Source of the DNA: Octopus sinensis
Lineage: Eukaryota
Assembly (NCBI RefSeq): GCF_006345805.1
Contig: NW_021833666.1
Span: 1-57,583 of the forward strand
DNA: 57,583 bases
Reading direction: 5' to 3'
Shown here piece after piece: positions 36,680-50,539 of this stretch. The translations under genes were made by a program, and so were the position numbers. Position 1 is the first letter of the stretch. Every line of letters begins with the position of its first letter. The notes beneath the pieces were generated by a model. That model saw only the letters and a list, made by a program, of their open reading frames with translations, had not been told where the DNA came from and searched no databases.

Positions 36680-37212
36680 CATATAATATATGTATATACG
36701 TGTTTGTGTGTGTTAGTGTTAGTGTGTGTGTGCGTGTGCGAGGGCATTTACATGCGAGATCGACCACGTTAATCTCTGCAGTCCAACAGCTGCGCAGATT
36801 TAAATACCTTCAACTATTTGGCATTTAAAAAAGAGAGAATTTGAGACTCTGGCTGAAATTAAGCCGAACAAAAACGTGTGAAGATAATTAATATTGTGTT
36901 TTCTCTTTTTATAATTCCCACTGTTGTATATATATTCGATATACACTGAATATAAATACGAGATACATTTATACTGTTGATTTCATGCGTCTGAAAATAC
37001 GATTGTCGGACAGGGTTGTACAGCGTGCCGATTATTTGCAGGCAATCATTTAGACTGTATCTAAATGAGGATAATACTAACTAATAGGTGATTCTACTTC
37101 CCTGAAAAAAACTGGAATTTCTAAACCAGAGCCTCTCTGCCGAATGCGTTCTAAGTCACTCCGATGGCATAATACGTAGATACATACATACATACATGCA
37201 TCTAAGCATGCA

Positions 37213-37259
<47 letters not shown>

Positions 37260-37445
37260 TTATTACTACGTACATACATACACTCATACAAACGCAAACA
37301 TACATACATATATGTATACATACATAGATACATACATACATACGTACATACATACATACATACATACATACATACATACATACATACATACATACATACA
37401 TGCATACATACATACATACATACATCATACATACATACATACATA

Positions 37446-37626
37446 AGATCGCTAGCTACTACACATTCTTTGTTTTCTCTCCTTGTTTCTTTCTGTGTTC
37501 CTTTCTGTGGAAGAGCGTAGGCTCGAAACGTTAAAGACCTTTACACTCCTCCAGCGTAATACTAATACATCTGTTTGTTGTCTACGCCACCTGTCTTCGC
37601 CTTTTGTCTTTTTTGTGAATTCTCCC
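37446..37626 (+). mobile_element. Family E short element
   Basis: Homologous to 11655-11850 and the three units at 46535-47340; (TACA)n on both sides. Confidence 0.75.
37501..37536 (+). ncRNA. Minimal hammerhead-like motif (core CTGTGGA plus extra A)
   Basis: CTTT-CTGTGGA-A-GAGC-gtag-GCTC-GAAA-CG-TT-AAAG; stems I and II are perfect. Confidence 0.62.
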
Positions 37627-38357
37627 CATACATACAGACATACATACATACATACACACATACATGCATGCATACATACATACATACATACATACATACA
37701 TACATACATACATACATACATACATACATGCGTACATACATATATACATACATAGATACACACATACATTCATACATACATACATACATGCATACATACA
37801 TACAAGCGTACATACATACATACATACATACATACATACATACATACATACATACACACATACATTTATACATACATTCATACATACATACATACATACA
37901 TACATAAATACATGAATACATACATACATACATACATACATACATACATACACACACACATACATTCACACATACATTCATACATACATACATACATACA
38001 TACATACATACATACATACATACATACATACATACATACATACATTTCTTTGTTCATTTAGCATTCATCTTTTCGTAGTACCATGAATTAGACAGGGACC
38101 TATTAGAGACAGAATTTTTATGGTCATGGGCTTTCATGTCAGTTTTTCAGTAAAGGCTCTTTTTTTTTTTTTTTGACTTCAGAGATATTACGAATTTAAG
38201 AGCGAGCATTTTTGTTATATGTAGAAGACTTTGATGCGATTTTTTTTTTGCATCGTGGATCGTTTTATCTAGGTATTTGTGTGGGAGTTAATGTGTACAG
38301 GAGCAGTTTTGATTTGAATGAAAAGATTATTGATAAAAAGGAATTGAGAAAATGATA

Positions 38358-38625
38358 TACGAGGTGGCATCAAAAAGTTCCCAGACTTGTTCTGTAGCGC
38401 GCCAACAGATGGCAGCATACAGTCGCACATACAGTGAGAGCTAGCAGCAACCTTCTTGACACAGTGTGCCGAGTGACATTGCTGTGTCTACTTCGTAAGT
38501 TGTGAAATTTGTGTCTATGTGATCACGTGTGTGCTGTAGTCTGCGATTTTGTCAGGGACAGGAAGCTGGAACGAAGAGCCAACGTGAAATTTTGCGTTAA
38601 ACTTGGTGAGTCTGCTACAGAGAAA
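38358..38625 (+). mobile_element. 5' end of a mariner transposon
   Basis: TA|CGAGGTGGCATCAAAAAGTTCC TIR-like start; N-terminal peptide DRKLERRANVKFCVKLGESATE at 38557-38622. Confidence 0.75.
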
Positions 38626-38873
38626 TTTTGCGTTAAGTAACAGCTAGGTTCTATTCTTTTCACTAAAATTCTTCAAAGTGGTCCCCCAGCATGGCCGCAG
38701 TCTAATGATTGAAACAAATAAATGATAAAAGATGGGAAAAAAAAAACTGGTGGTGCAGTTTTGGTTCTTTTGCTAATTTTTTCTTGAGAACATTTCTTAG
38801 TGGTAAGACCATAGCGGATCTATTTCTAGCATAAGGGTGTCCACATTACGTAATTTTACTTACATAAATGTCC

Positions 38874-39377
38874 GTAGATCATCGGTGTGACCGTCCAGAT
38901 GAATATAATAAAGAAGACCCTACTATAACACTTGTGACAGATAGTAAGGTCCACTTGAGGGTTTTCTGACAGCAGTAGATGGAAAGCTAAAAGAAGACTG
39001 TAGATCATCGGTGTGACCGTCCAGATGAATATAATATAGAAGACCCTACTATAACACTTGTGACAGACAGTAAGGTCCACTCGAGGGTTTTCTGACAGCA
39101 GTAGATGGAAAGCTAAAAGAAGACTGTAGATCATCGGTGTGACCGTCCAGATGAATATAATATAGAAGACCCTACTATAACACTTGTGACAGACAGTAAG
39201 GTCCACTCGAGGGTTTTCTGACAGCAGTAGATGGAAAGCTAAAAGAAGACTGTAGATCATCGGTGTGACCGTCCAGATGAATATAATATAGAAGACCCTA
39301 CTATAACATTTGTGACAGACAGTAAGGTCCACTCGAGGGTTTTCTGACAGCAGTAGATGGAAAGCTAAAAGAAGACT
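38874..39377. repeat. Four near-identical 126-bp tandem repeats
   Basis: GTAGATCATCGG starts at 38874, 39000, 39126 and 39252. Confidence 0.95.
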
Positions 39378-39548
39378 GCATCGTCTTCTTTTACCCTCCA
39401 GTTCTTCAGGTGAGAGTCACTGGATAGTCACGGCAGAAACGTCTTTGATCATGGCTCTACTCATTAACCGATATTAACCAACTGTGCCCGTTTGAGGACA
39501 GTTGTATTTGGTTTATTTACTGCAATAAAGGTTAACTGGAAGCTCCCA

Positions 39549-39842
39549 TATATTTTGTTGTTTCTGGGGAGAGTCATTTTCTTTTTGTGTCTTAATATTT
39601 ATCACACTCACCGGTAAAATTTCCACTTATTTCTTATTTTTATTGTCCTAAAATTTTCGTTGCGTCTTGCAACCTTTTCAATAGTTTTGACTCTCAAAAC
39701 TCAAAACTATTGAAAAGGTTGCAAGACGCAACGAAAATTTTAGGACAATAAAAATAAGAAATAAGTGGAAATTTTACCGGTGAATGTGTTACATTATAAG
39801 GCAGAAAAAGAAAATGATTCTCCCCAGACACAACAGAATATG
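39549..39842. repeat. Inverted pair of the 9300/19148 repeat family; inner 83 bp perfect
   Basis: 39608-39690 is the exact reverse complement of 39701-39783; the outer ~60 bp are diverged. Confidence 0.92.
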
Positions 39843-40937
39843 CTTCAACACACGAACTCATATATAGAATCTCGCAAACAAAATCCAAAAACGAAATTCC
39901 ATATATTTGTTATCCCAAGTTATATAACTATCTTCAAAATTTCGACAAATCACAAAATCCAAATGCTGTGTTAAAATGGGTCCAGGGTCATCCTAGGGTT
40001 AAATAATACCAAAATTAGATGCCATGTTTTTGATGACTTCCATTTTATTTTCATTGCTTTAAATTTGTCTCGTAAAGTTATTTCTACTTATTAAAGTTTA
40101 CGTTTATAATTTTTTGCGTTACTTTTCCAATATATTTTATTTTATTGTTTTCATATTTACTATATTTGTTTTTGCATTATTAAAGCTCTTAAACTTATAT
40201 TTTTTCATTTTCATTTCCACATTTCTCGACATTTCGTGATATTCAAATTTTTATTAATTCTCTTTTCAAAAACTAGAATCTTCTGGAAGACATCTTAACG
40301 TAAGAACATTACCGTTCTCTTCATTTTTTTCTTTTTCTTTTTTCATTGTCATTCCGTCAGCTTCTATGCATATTTAGAATTTGACATAATGTTTTAGTGG
40401 ACATTCAAGTATAACAGTTTATATATTTTATTTATCAGTCTAGGGCTGTGCAACGCCCACGGGATATCTTATGTGTGTCTATCCGTCTCTCACAGCCTTT
40501 AGCCTATGGGGGAATTATTGTAAGACACAATTGCCTAAGGGGCATTCGTTACGTGAGGGAACTTGAAATTCTAGTGAAATAAAAGAAAAAAAACATTGAG
40601 GAAGAACATTTATTTAAAATGCAAAATTTCAAGACAAGATTATTGAAAAAAAAAAAGAAGAAAAGGTGGGAGGTGATTCGGAAGGCTATTAATGAAAAAG
40701 AGAAATAATACAAGAAAAATCAAGCTTAATATCATAAAAAATTATTTTCTTTGTGTGTTTTAAGTACATATTTGTCATGAAGCGAGGAAGTTCAATTTAT
40801 TTCTTAATCAATCACTGGAAAAGTAATGCGAAGTTGTGTACTTTCGTTTTTATTTATCAAGAACTCAAGAACTAGTTTTCGTTTGAAGTACTTAACCCAT
40901 CGCTATTCTAAAAGAGCTACTAGCTATATCTTATACC

Positions 40938-41170
40938 TATTTCTTTACTACCCACAAGGGGCTAAACACAGAGGTGACAAACAAGGACAGACAAACGGGT
41001 GAAGTCGATTATATCGACCCCAGTGCGTAACTAGTACTTATTTAATCGACCCCGAAAGGATGAAAGGCAAAGTCGACCTCGGCGGAATTTGAACTCAGAA
41101 CGTAGCGGCAGACGAAATACCGCTAAGCATTTCGGCCGGCGTGCTAATGATTCTACCAGCTCGCCGCTAC
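40938..41170 (-). mobile_element. SINE family D, TSD ATCTTATACC
   Basis: TSD at 40928-40937 and 41171-41180. Confidence 0.92.
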
Positions 41171-42569
41171 ATCTTATACCGTTTACATACTTTCGGTCAT
41201 TGGACTGAAAGAGCGGTTCTGGGGTACCACCATGAAGGGTTTAGTCGAACGAATCAGTTCCAATGCTACATTCTAAATATGGTGATTATTCTGTCGGTTT
41301 CTTTTGCTTAGTTACGGGTAAACAAACCAAAACCGATTGTCAAGCGGTGATAGAGGGCAAACACAATCAAAAAGTCACACACTAGTATTGTACATCAGTA
41401 AAGATTTTAGAAGGAAAATTAGGAAACGAAATAACGTTTCGAGTTCTTTTGACTCATTGTCGGAAAGAGGAGAAAACCAAGAGAGGCGGAAAAGAAAGAA
41501 GAAGCAAATAGTTTGTGGTTTATAAATACTAGGCTTACAAAGAATAAGACCGGTAGTCAATTTCTTCGACTAAAAGGCGTTGCTCCAGCATGGTCGCAGT
41601 CAAATGACTGAAACCAATAAAAAGTAAAAAGCGTAAAAGAGTAAGGAAGAAGTATATGTTCACACACAGAGATACTTAGAGACACTTTCTATCAGATACG
41701 GGTGGTTACTGTAGATAAAAGTTCGAAATATTCCGATACCGACCGACAACGTTTAATGAAGAACAAGCATTTTTTGCTTTCCTTTTTACTGAGTTTTGCG
41801 TTGCTCTTGAAACCAAAATCTTTTCCGGTTATGTAACATACTCCAAGCGTTAGCCATTTATAATATAGCTCCTCTACTTACTTTATAGCGATTTAAAATA
41901 GTTACGAATTTCAAGAACCCTTAAGGTGGCTTTTGTGGCTAACCAGTCACAGGATGTAAACATTTGTTACATATCAAAAAGTGGAGAACCGGAGGAAATT
42001 TTTACTTCCGGAAGAAGGTCAGAAGTTCAACGACATCAAAGATAAAATAAAATAAGGAAAGCAAAAGATGGATAATTATCCTTATTATTATTGATTGAAT
42101 GCAGAGCATCATATCTTGGAGAAATAATTAAATGACAAACGTCAAAAGAGACTGTATCCTTTATTTCGTCACTTTTGATAAGGGACAAATGTTTACTTCC
42201 GCTTCTGTGAACTTTCAAAGCCTGACGTGTACGAGGGGGTTGAACGACAAGATTGTTGCGTACGTGCGTGTACCTGCGTGTACGTGTGTGTGTGTGTGTG
42301 TGGGTGTGTGTGTGGGTGTGTGTATGAGAAAGAGAGAGAGAGAGAATTGTTAGCATCAGGAAAAAAGTGCTTTCCGTTATATCCTCCGACTCATTACGTT
42401 CTGGATTCATATTCTGAGGGGGGGGGTAACATAACTTTCGTAGGCGCAGATGGGACTGTGTGGTAAAAAAGGTTTGCTTCCCAACAACAAAGATCCGGTT
42501 TCAGTTCCACTGCACGGCACCTTGGGCAAGTGTCTTCTGCTATAGCTTCCGGCCGACGAAAGCATTTAA

Positions 42570-43163
42570 GGCGGTGAGCTGGCAGAAACGTTAGCACGCC
42601 GGGTGAAATACTTAGCAATATCTCGTCTGCCGTTACTTTCTGAGTTCAAATTTCGCCGAGGTCGACTTTGCTTTCATCCTTTCGGGGTCGATAAATTAAG
42701 TACCAGTTATGCACTGGGGTCGATGAAATCGACTTAATCCGTTTGTCTGTCCTTGTTTGTACCCTCTGTGTTTAGCCCCTTGTGGGTAGTAAAGAAATAG
42801 GTATTTCGTCTGCCGCTACGTTCTGAGTTCAAATTCCGCCGAGTCTACTTTGCCTTTCATCTTTTCGGAGTCGATAAATTAAGTACCAGTTATGCACTGG
42901 GGTCTATGAAATTGGCTTAATCCGTTTGTCTGTCCTTGTTTGTCCTCTCTGTGTTTAACCCCTTGTGGGTAGTAAAGAAATAGGTATTTCGTCTGCCGTT
43001 ACGTTCTGAGTTCAAATTCCGTCGAGGTCGACTTTGCCTTTCATCCTTTCGGGGTCGATAAATTAAGTACCAGTTATGCACTGCGGTCGATGTAATCGGC
43101 TTAATCCGTTTGTCTGTCCTTGTTTGTCCCCTCTGTGTTTGGCCCCTTGTGGGTAGTAAAGAC
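42570..43163 (+). mobile_element. SINE family D trimer nested in a family C SINE (42441-~43215)
   Basis: One full unit plus two units starting at GGTATTTCGTC (42800 and 42983); degenerate TSD AC(G)GAAAGCATT(C)TAA. Confidence 0.88.
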
Positions 43164-44029
43164 ACGGAAAGCATTCTAATGGGTAGATTTAATAGACGGA
43201 AAATGAAAGAAATTGCTGGCTTTGTGCCAACATTCGAAACCAATGCATGATAGGATCTTCGTCGACTGGTTTTGAGTCTGGCTTGAAGACATACGTGGGA
43301 AGCCGAAGTTTCCCGCAGATTAGGATTTATGTATTTGTGGCCACCAAATATTTTGTTTTGGCTATTCTTAATCTGTTAATGTCTCCCGGGTGGGCCATTA
43401 AGCCAACATACGTGCTGGTTTTTTGAATTAATCTGTTTTAGAGAATGGTAATTTTTTTTCAGTGCGACACATGTTAATTTGTTCGTGTAATTATGGTTAG
43501 AAGAATCTTTAACGTATATTTTAGTTTTTGTTTTCACGTTGATTTATATTTTAACATTAGTGTCGCCTGCTTTTTTTTTCCTATTTTATTTAATTCCATT
43601 TAATAACCATTAATAGATTGATTTAATAAGCATTAGTTCAATGTCTCCATTTTAACCATTTTTATTTGTTACAGTCGTTGAACTGCAGCCACGCGCCACG
43701 CTGGAGCACCGTCTGGGAAACAAATCGAGCGCCCGTACTTGATTTTAAAGGTTACTATTTTTTTGTATATATATGGTGTGGTGGCTGCCCCCTCGTTATC
43801 GAGTATGGCCATTGCACGAAGCTTAACTGTTATTGGTGCTAAGATCGAATGTGACTTTTATATGCTTTTTAAGGCTATCACAGCACTATCAACAATCATG
43901 AACAATGTTGCTAGTGTGCAATGCCTGTGCAAGAAGATTTTTTTAAAGTGTAAAAAGGCTGTGCACTGAGTCAATCCCACTCACTAAGCAACAGCAGCCA
44001 TAATCCGGAAAGAAGAACAATTCAACATC

Positions 44030-44423
44030 ATCGGTAGCCACTGAGCCACAAATTTATGTCGGAGTTATCCCAGTTACCTGAGTTACCTTCTCCTAGAAGG
44101 ATGCCCTAACAAAAGCTAGGAGTCCTTCACTCCCAATAGTTTAACCACGCGATCGGGTATTCAGTCCGATTATTTCTATGTCCCCGCGCATGATGTAACC
44201 TTATGCCTTAAAAAAAATGCACATTTATTGGATGGCCGTTGACTCTCAAGAGTTCTTCCGCCCTTTGACGGGTTTTGTTTTTTTATCCCACAGGGTGTCC
44301 AATAAACACCCGGCATCCCCACCAAGCATGCTTGGTGGGGATGCCGGTTTCGACGCCGACGGCCCGACCATGCAACAGATTGTACTGGGTTACATGTTAC
44401 CAGCAGCACTCGAAAGTGACCTG

Positions 44424-44440
<17 letters not shown>
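44030..44440 (-). mobile_element. Probable 5' leader of an RTE-like LINE, containing a 38-bp perfect palindrome
   Basis: Minus strand CTCCTAGC..GGCATCCTTCTAGGAGAAGGTAACTC resembles RTE 5' leaders (from recall); palindrome at 44310-44347. Confidence 0.45.
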
Positions 44441-44473
<33 letters not shown>

Positions 44474-44976
44474 GCAAATGTATTAGTTTGTTGCTCTGTA
44501 AAAATGGAAAAGTATTTGACGTTTCGACTCTTTGACAGAAATGCTTGACGAAGTTCAAAAAGTTCAAATATACAAATGTGTGTGTGTGTGTTTGTTTATT
44601 CTTTTATTTGTTTCAGTCATTTGACTGCGGCCATACTGGCCATATGTGTTTGGGTGTATGTGTTTGGATGTATATGTGTGTATGTATATGTGTGTGCATA
44701 TGTGTATATATGTATAAACAAGGAGTTACAACATCTTTACTTGTGAGATTTTTGCTGCCCTGGTAACTATTTATTTATTTTTCCGGTTAATTGTTAAAAG
44801 GTAAAATATACTCATCTATTTATATATATATATATATATATATTATATATTATATATATATTATATATTATATATAATATATATATATATTATGTTGGCA
44901 ATGAACATTTGGTGTTGTGTCGCCAAGAAGCTACGTCACCACCAATGTTCCTTGTTATGCAATCATTATTCTAAGT

Positions 44977-45141
44977 CAGTGGTTCCTAAACATTTCACTA
45001 CCAAGGACCCCTTTTATTTAAATGAGTTTTTCCACGGACCCCAGGATATCGAAAGGTTTGTCAGCTTAACATAGTGACAGACACCCAGTACTACCTCGGC
45101 TGCCCACCAAGGATCTGTGGACCACGGGTTCGGAACCACTG
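44977..45141. mobile_element. hAT (Charlie-like) MITE
   Basis: TIR CAGTGGTTCC/GGAACCACTG; 8-bp flanks TTCTAAGT / TTCTAAAC. Confidence 0.75.
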
Positions 45142-45800
45142 TTCTAAACCTTCGCATGTACTGCGATACTGGATTCTAGATTCTAGATTATAGATTATAG
45201 ACAATTCTGACGCGCCAGTTTCTTGTCCAGTCTCTGATTTTGAAGGCTTTGGACATGCACCCAATTTGTTACGGTATTACGCTTGCAAGAGCTTCCTTTA
45301 ATCAATCTTATAAAGAAAATGTTACTAAACTTCGACTTAGTATTAACTTATAATGTAAGGAACTCAGATCGCAAAGATTGCCGAAATACATTTAAGCACT
45401 TTCCCCGGTGTTCTCACAATATGGTCATCTCGTCGATTAATTTTATAATGCAAAGAACTGGAATAAAACTGCAGGGATCTTATATCAAATAATAAATTTG
45501 CCTCGACGTTTTTTTTTAATCATTAATTGTTATTCGTCTGATAATTTGTGATATTGTGTGATAACAAAAACGTTGTTATTACAACGTGATGGAGATGACT
45601 TTATCAAGTATAACACTTGGAGTGGCAACATTTATGGTTGAGAAAATTGTGTATGACAAAGTAAGGAGTTTTGCCGTTGCCGTTATCATTGTTGTTGTGT
45701 GTGTTAATAATAATGATAATAACAATAATTATACTAATTATAATAATGATAATAATAATAATGATAATAATAGTGAAAATAATAATTATAATAATGATGA

Positions 45801-46190
45801 TGGTGGCTGTGTTGTAAGTAGCTTGCTTCCGAACCACTTGGTGCCGGGTTCAGTCCCACTGCGTGGCACTTTGGGCAAGTGTCTTCTATTATAGCCTCGG
45901 GTCGACCAAAGCCTTGTGAGTGGATTTGGTAGCCGTAAACTGAAAGAAGCCCGTAGTATATATGTATTTATGTATATATATATGTATGTATGTGTGTGTG
46001 TTTGTCCCTCTAACATCGCTTGACAACCGATGCTGGTGTGTTTACGTCCCTGTAACTTAGCGGATCGGCAAAAGAGAACCGATAGAATAAGTACTAGGCT
46101 TACAAAGAATAAGTCCTGGGATCGATTTGCTCGACTAAAGGCGGTGCTCCAGCATGGCCACAGTCAAATGACTGAAACAAGTAAAAGAGT
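45801..46190 (+). mobile_element. SINE family C, nearly full length
   Basis: GTGGCTGTGTTGTAAG head through AAACAAGTAAAAGAG. Confidence 0.9.
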
Positions 46191-46196
46191 ATAGAC

Positions 46197-46237
<41 letters not shown>

Positions 46238-46534
46238 CAACAACATCAGCAACAATCAGTGGCATACGTAATAGCAAAAACACAACAAAAGATAGCCAGA
46301 ACGAGTAAAATTATAAGCAGACAGAAAAAATATTTCCATTTCTCTAAGAATAAACAAACTTGTGTTGCGTCTATTGCTAATAACACAGCAGACAGGTTTT
46401 GTTATTAGCAAACTTAATGGATATTCCAAACCATAATCGCCATACTCACACGCGTACGTGAAGGTATACACGTAAACATATAACACACATGCACACATCA
46501 TCTATGTATGCGTGTTTAATATATATATATATAT

Positions 46535-47340
<806 letters not shown>

Positions 47341-48800
47341 TGGAGGCTGTACAGAGGGGTCACACAGGAGAGCTAGGAAGATGGGGAGATAATAAAGTAG
47401 TGGTGATCCCAAAACGAAGGTGCGCGTGCGTGTGTATAAGAGAGCATGTACGTGCGTGTGGAAGAGGGCTGGTGACCTTGACGTGTGCGTGTGTGTATGT
47501 GTAGGTTAGGTGTGTGGATGTGGGGCTGGGAAAGAAGGAGGGAAGTAAGAGCGATAACAAAAGAAATCGCGTCGGTTTTAGTTGTAACATCCAAGAACTG
47601 TTTGTTAAATTCTTCCTATTTGCAACCATCAATACCATTTAATTGTTTTGAAACAATGGAAAGGAGATGGAGAATAGACAATGGTGAAAATCTGTTGCTG
47701 GCAGAGAGAGCAAAAGGGAAAAAATGAACTAGCTACCTCAGAATGATGTAAAACAAAGTTAACCCTGATATAAATTAACTTTAAAACGTAATCAGATCCA
47801 TCAGTTTTTCCTTTCTCCTAATAAAGACATCGTAAAATTTTTTTAAAGGCCTATACACCATGAACTGTCGCCCTCCCTATCTACTGAAAACATGGAGATT
47901 TTATGAAATATGACTTTGTAAGAGAAAAATGAGAGTAAGAAGCGTAACAACAAATAACGAAAAATAAATTGGCCAAGCGATAGTAACAAAATTCGTTCGT
48001 TGACCCTCCTAAAGAGGGAAAAAAAACATATTGGAAGGAGAGAATGGAAAGGTAAGGAAAAGAGGGGGGTAAGGAAAAAAGGTAACAAAAAATGGAAAGA
48101 AATGAAGGAAGAAGGAATGAAAGAAATAAAAGAGGAGAGAGAGTGTGGTGATGTCAAAGGTAGCAAGAGAGGCGGAAGTTAATGTACGTGCAATTAGTGA
48201 GCAATTAGTAGTTCAGTCACGTGACAGATTGCCTGGCGTTGTCTTTGATTTTTGGTGAAGGGAAAAGAGGGTTGTTATCTTTTGATCGAGTAAAAAAATA
48301 TTTTATACGCTGTAATAGTTCCACCGTGACACATTATAATTCATTTCACTTACCGTTACCATTGTTGCATATCAGTTTTTTTTCTTCTTTTTATTTCCGC
48401 TTTTATTGTTTATTTTTTTTATTTTTATGCTTGTTTTCTTTATTTATGTTATTTTATTTTATTCTTGGTTTTGTTTTAGTAGTGATCATAATTAAAGTGA
48501 GGGGGGATTGCGGGGGGGTTTGGAGGTGGGAGTGAAGTGGGGTGGGTGATTCCGAAAGATTTACTAATTGATCGTTTGATCTTTCTTTCTCTCTATCTTT
48601 ATCTTTGTCTCTCCCTCACTCTCCCCCTCTCTGTCTCTCCATATATATATATATATAGAGAGAGAGAGAGGGAGAGAGAGTGAGAGAGAGCGGGGAAAGA
48701 GAGAGAAACATAGAGGCAGAGAGACAGAAGAATACGCAAAGATACATGCATACAACCACACACACACACACACTCACACATATAAGTATATGTATATTAC

Positions 48801-48833
<33 letters not shown>

Positions 48834-48834
48834 A

Positions 48835-48836
48835 TC

Positions 48837-48867
<31 letters not shown>

Positions 48868-48868
48868 T

Positions 48869-48944
<76 letters not shown>

Positions 48945-48945
48945 T
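48835..48945. repeat. (GATA)n microsatellite
   Basis: Direct reading; another copy at 17555-17634. Confidence 0.95.
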
Positions 48946-49550
48946 TGAAAGCTAGAGAGAGGGAGATAGATTGATTGGTTGATTGATTTTCCGCTTTGTT
49001 TCAGTGGTGTGTATGTGTGTGTGTAAATACAAGGAAGAGGAGAAAGATGCATGTTTGTGTATGTATATGTATGTAAGTTCCAGTGTACGCGTGTGTGTAT
49101 GGCTGTATATATATACGTCAATATACATCCTCCCCGTATGCTTATGTGTAATCGTGCATAGACGTCGTTTTGACAAGACTCCAGTTAAATGGTACATTCT
49201 CAATCAAACGGAAATGCAACTCCCATTTATCATAATTTCCTAAACCGAGGCCTTCACAATCTGAACAATCAGTACAATCACTTTGCGACTCGATTTACCT
49301 TCCACAAATGTACTGCAAGCATCCACCACCACCACCACCAACCACCACAACTACCGCAACCACCATCACAACCATCATCATCATCACCATCATCAACACC
49401 ACAACCACTACCACCACAATCGCCACTACCACCACCACCACCGCCGCCGCCGCCGTCGCAACCGCCAACCACCACTGCCGCGCTTTTCAATGCTGAAGCT
49501 TTTCCATATTGAAACGCATGTATTCTTCTGAGGAGAAGAAAGGTTGACCT

Positions 49551-50080
49551 TCTTTCTTTGCTACCCACAAAAGGGTTAAACACAGAGCGGACAAACAAGG
49601 ACAGACAAACGGATTAAGTCGATTATATCGACCCCAGTGCGTAACTGGTACTTATTTAATCGACCCTCGAAGGATGAAAGGCAAAGTTGACCTCGGCGGA
49701 ATTTGAACTCAGAACGTAACGGCAGACGAAATACCTATTTCTTTAATACCCACAAGGGGCTAAACACAGAGAGGACAAACAAGGACAGACAAACGGATTA
49801 AGTCGATTATATTGACCCCAGTGCGTAACTGGTACTTATTTAATCGACCCCGAAAGGATGAAAAGCAAAATTGACCTCGGCGGAATTTGAACTCACAACG
49901 TAGCAGCAGACGAAATACCTATTTCTTTACTACCCACAAGGGCCCAAACACAGAGAACACGAACAAGAACAGACAAACGGATTAAATCGATTATATCGAC
50001 CCCAGTGCGTAACTGGTACTTATTTAATCGACCCTGACAGGATGAAAGGCAAAATTTGAACTCAGAACGTAACGGCAGAC
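49551..50080 (-). mobile_element. SINE family D trimer (headless units) flanked by one 16-bp TSD
   Basis: GAAGAAAGGTTGACCT at 49535-49550 and 50081-50096; unit junctions at 49735/6 and 49919/20. Confidence 0.92.
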
Positions 50081-50539
50081 GAAGAAAGGTTGACCTGTAT
50101 TTCGAGTAGAATTACAGCGAAATTCTTTCCGGCCGTGACCATCTTGTCTTTTTCGGGGTACCTAATACTACTTTAGTTTTAGAATAATGCCGTGACTCTC
50201 AACCATTTAAAAAAATCTATGAACCCCTTTGATTTCTATTTTACTCTGATAGACCCCTATTGTCATTCAATATTAAAAAAACTAGTTTTATTGAAGCTTC
50301 TTACAAAATTCCTATTTTGTTTTTCCCACATTAATTTGTGTAGGTTGAACCATGTAAAATGTTAAAGAAAGAAATCTGGCTGTTTCATGCAATAAACACC
50401 TCTAAACCAAAATTTTTTACGGACCCTTCTGGTACTGTTTCCAAGGACCCAACAGTAATTGGCACTATCTTCACCTTTTTCATGTTCTATAGCCTGGCTA
50501 TTTCGTACTTAAGAGGGTTGTATTTATCTATCTTTTCGC

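Larger units (their letters stand above)
37180..38045. repeat. (TACA)n array with a family E element embedded
   Basis: Direct reading. Confidence 0.95.

Noticed and set aside
38856-39332. 158-aa ORF with a 42-aa repeat
   Set aside because: Only a consequence of a 126-bp unit having one stop-free frame; no recognisable motif or splice context
39395-39450. Hammerhead at GAAACGTC (39436-39443)
   Set aside because: No upstream CUGANGA and no stem I or II partner
40440-40470. Helitron 3' end (minus strand GTG..CAC hairpin plus CTAG)
   Set aside because: The hairpin is only 3-4 bp and no 5' TC end or second copy is visible
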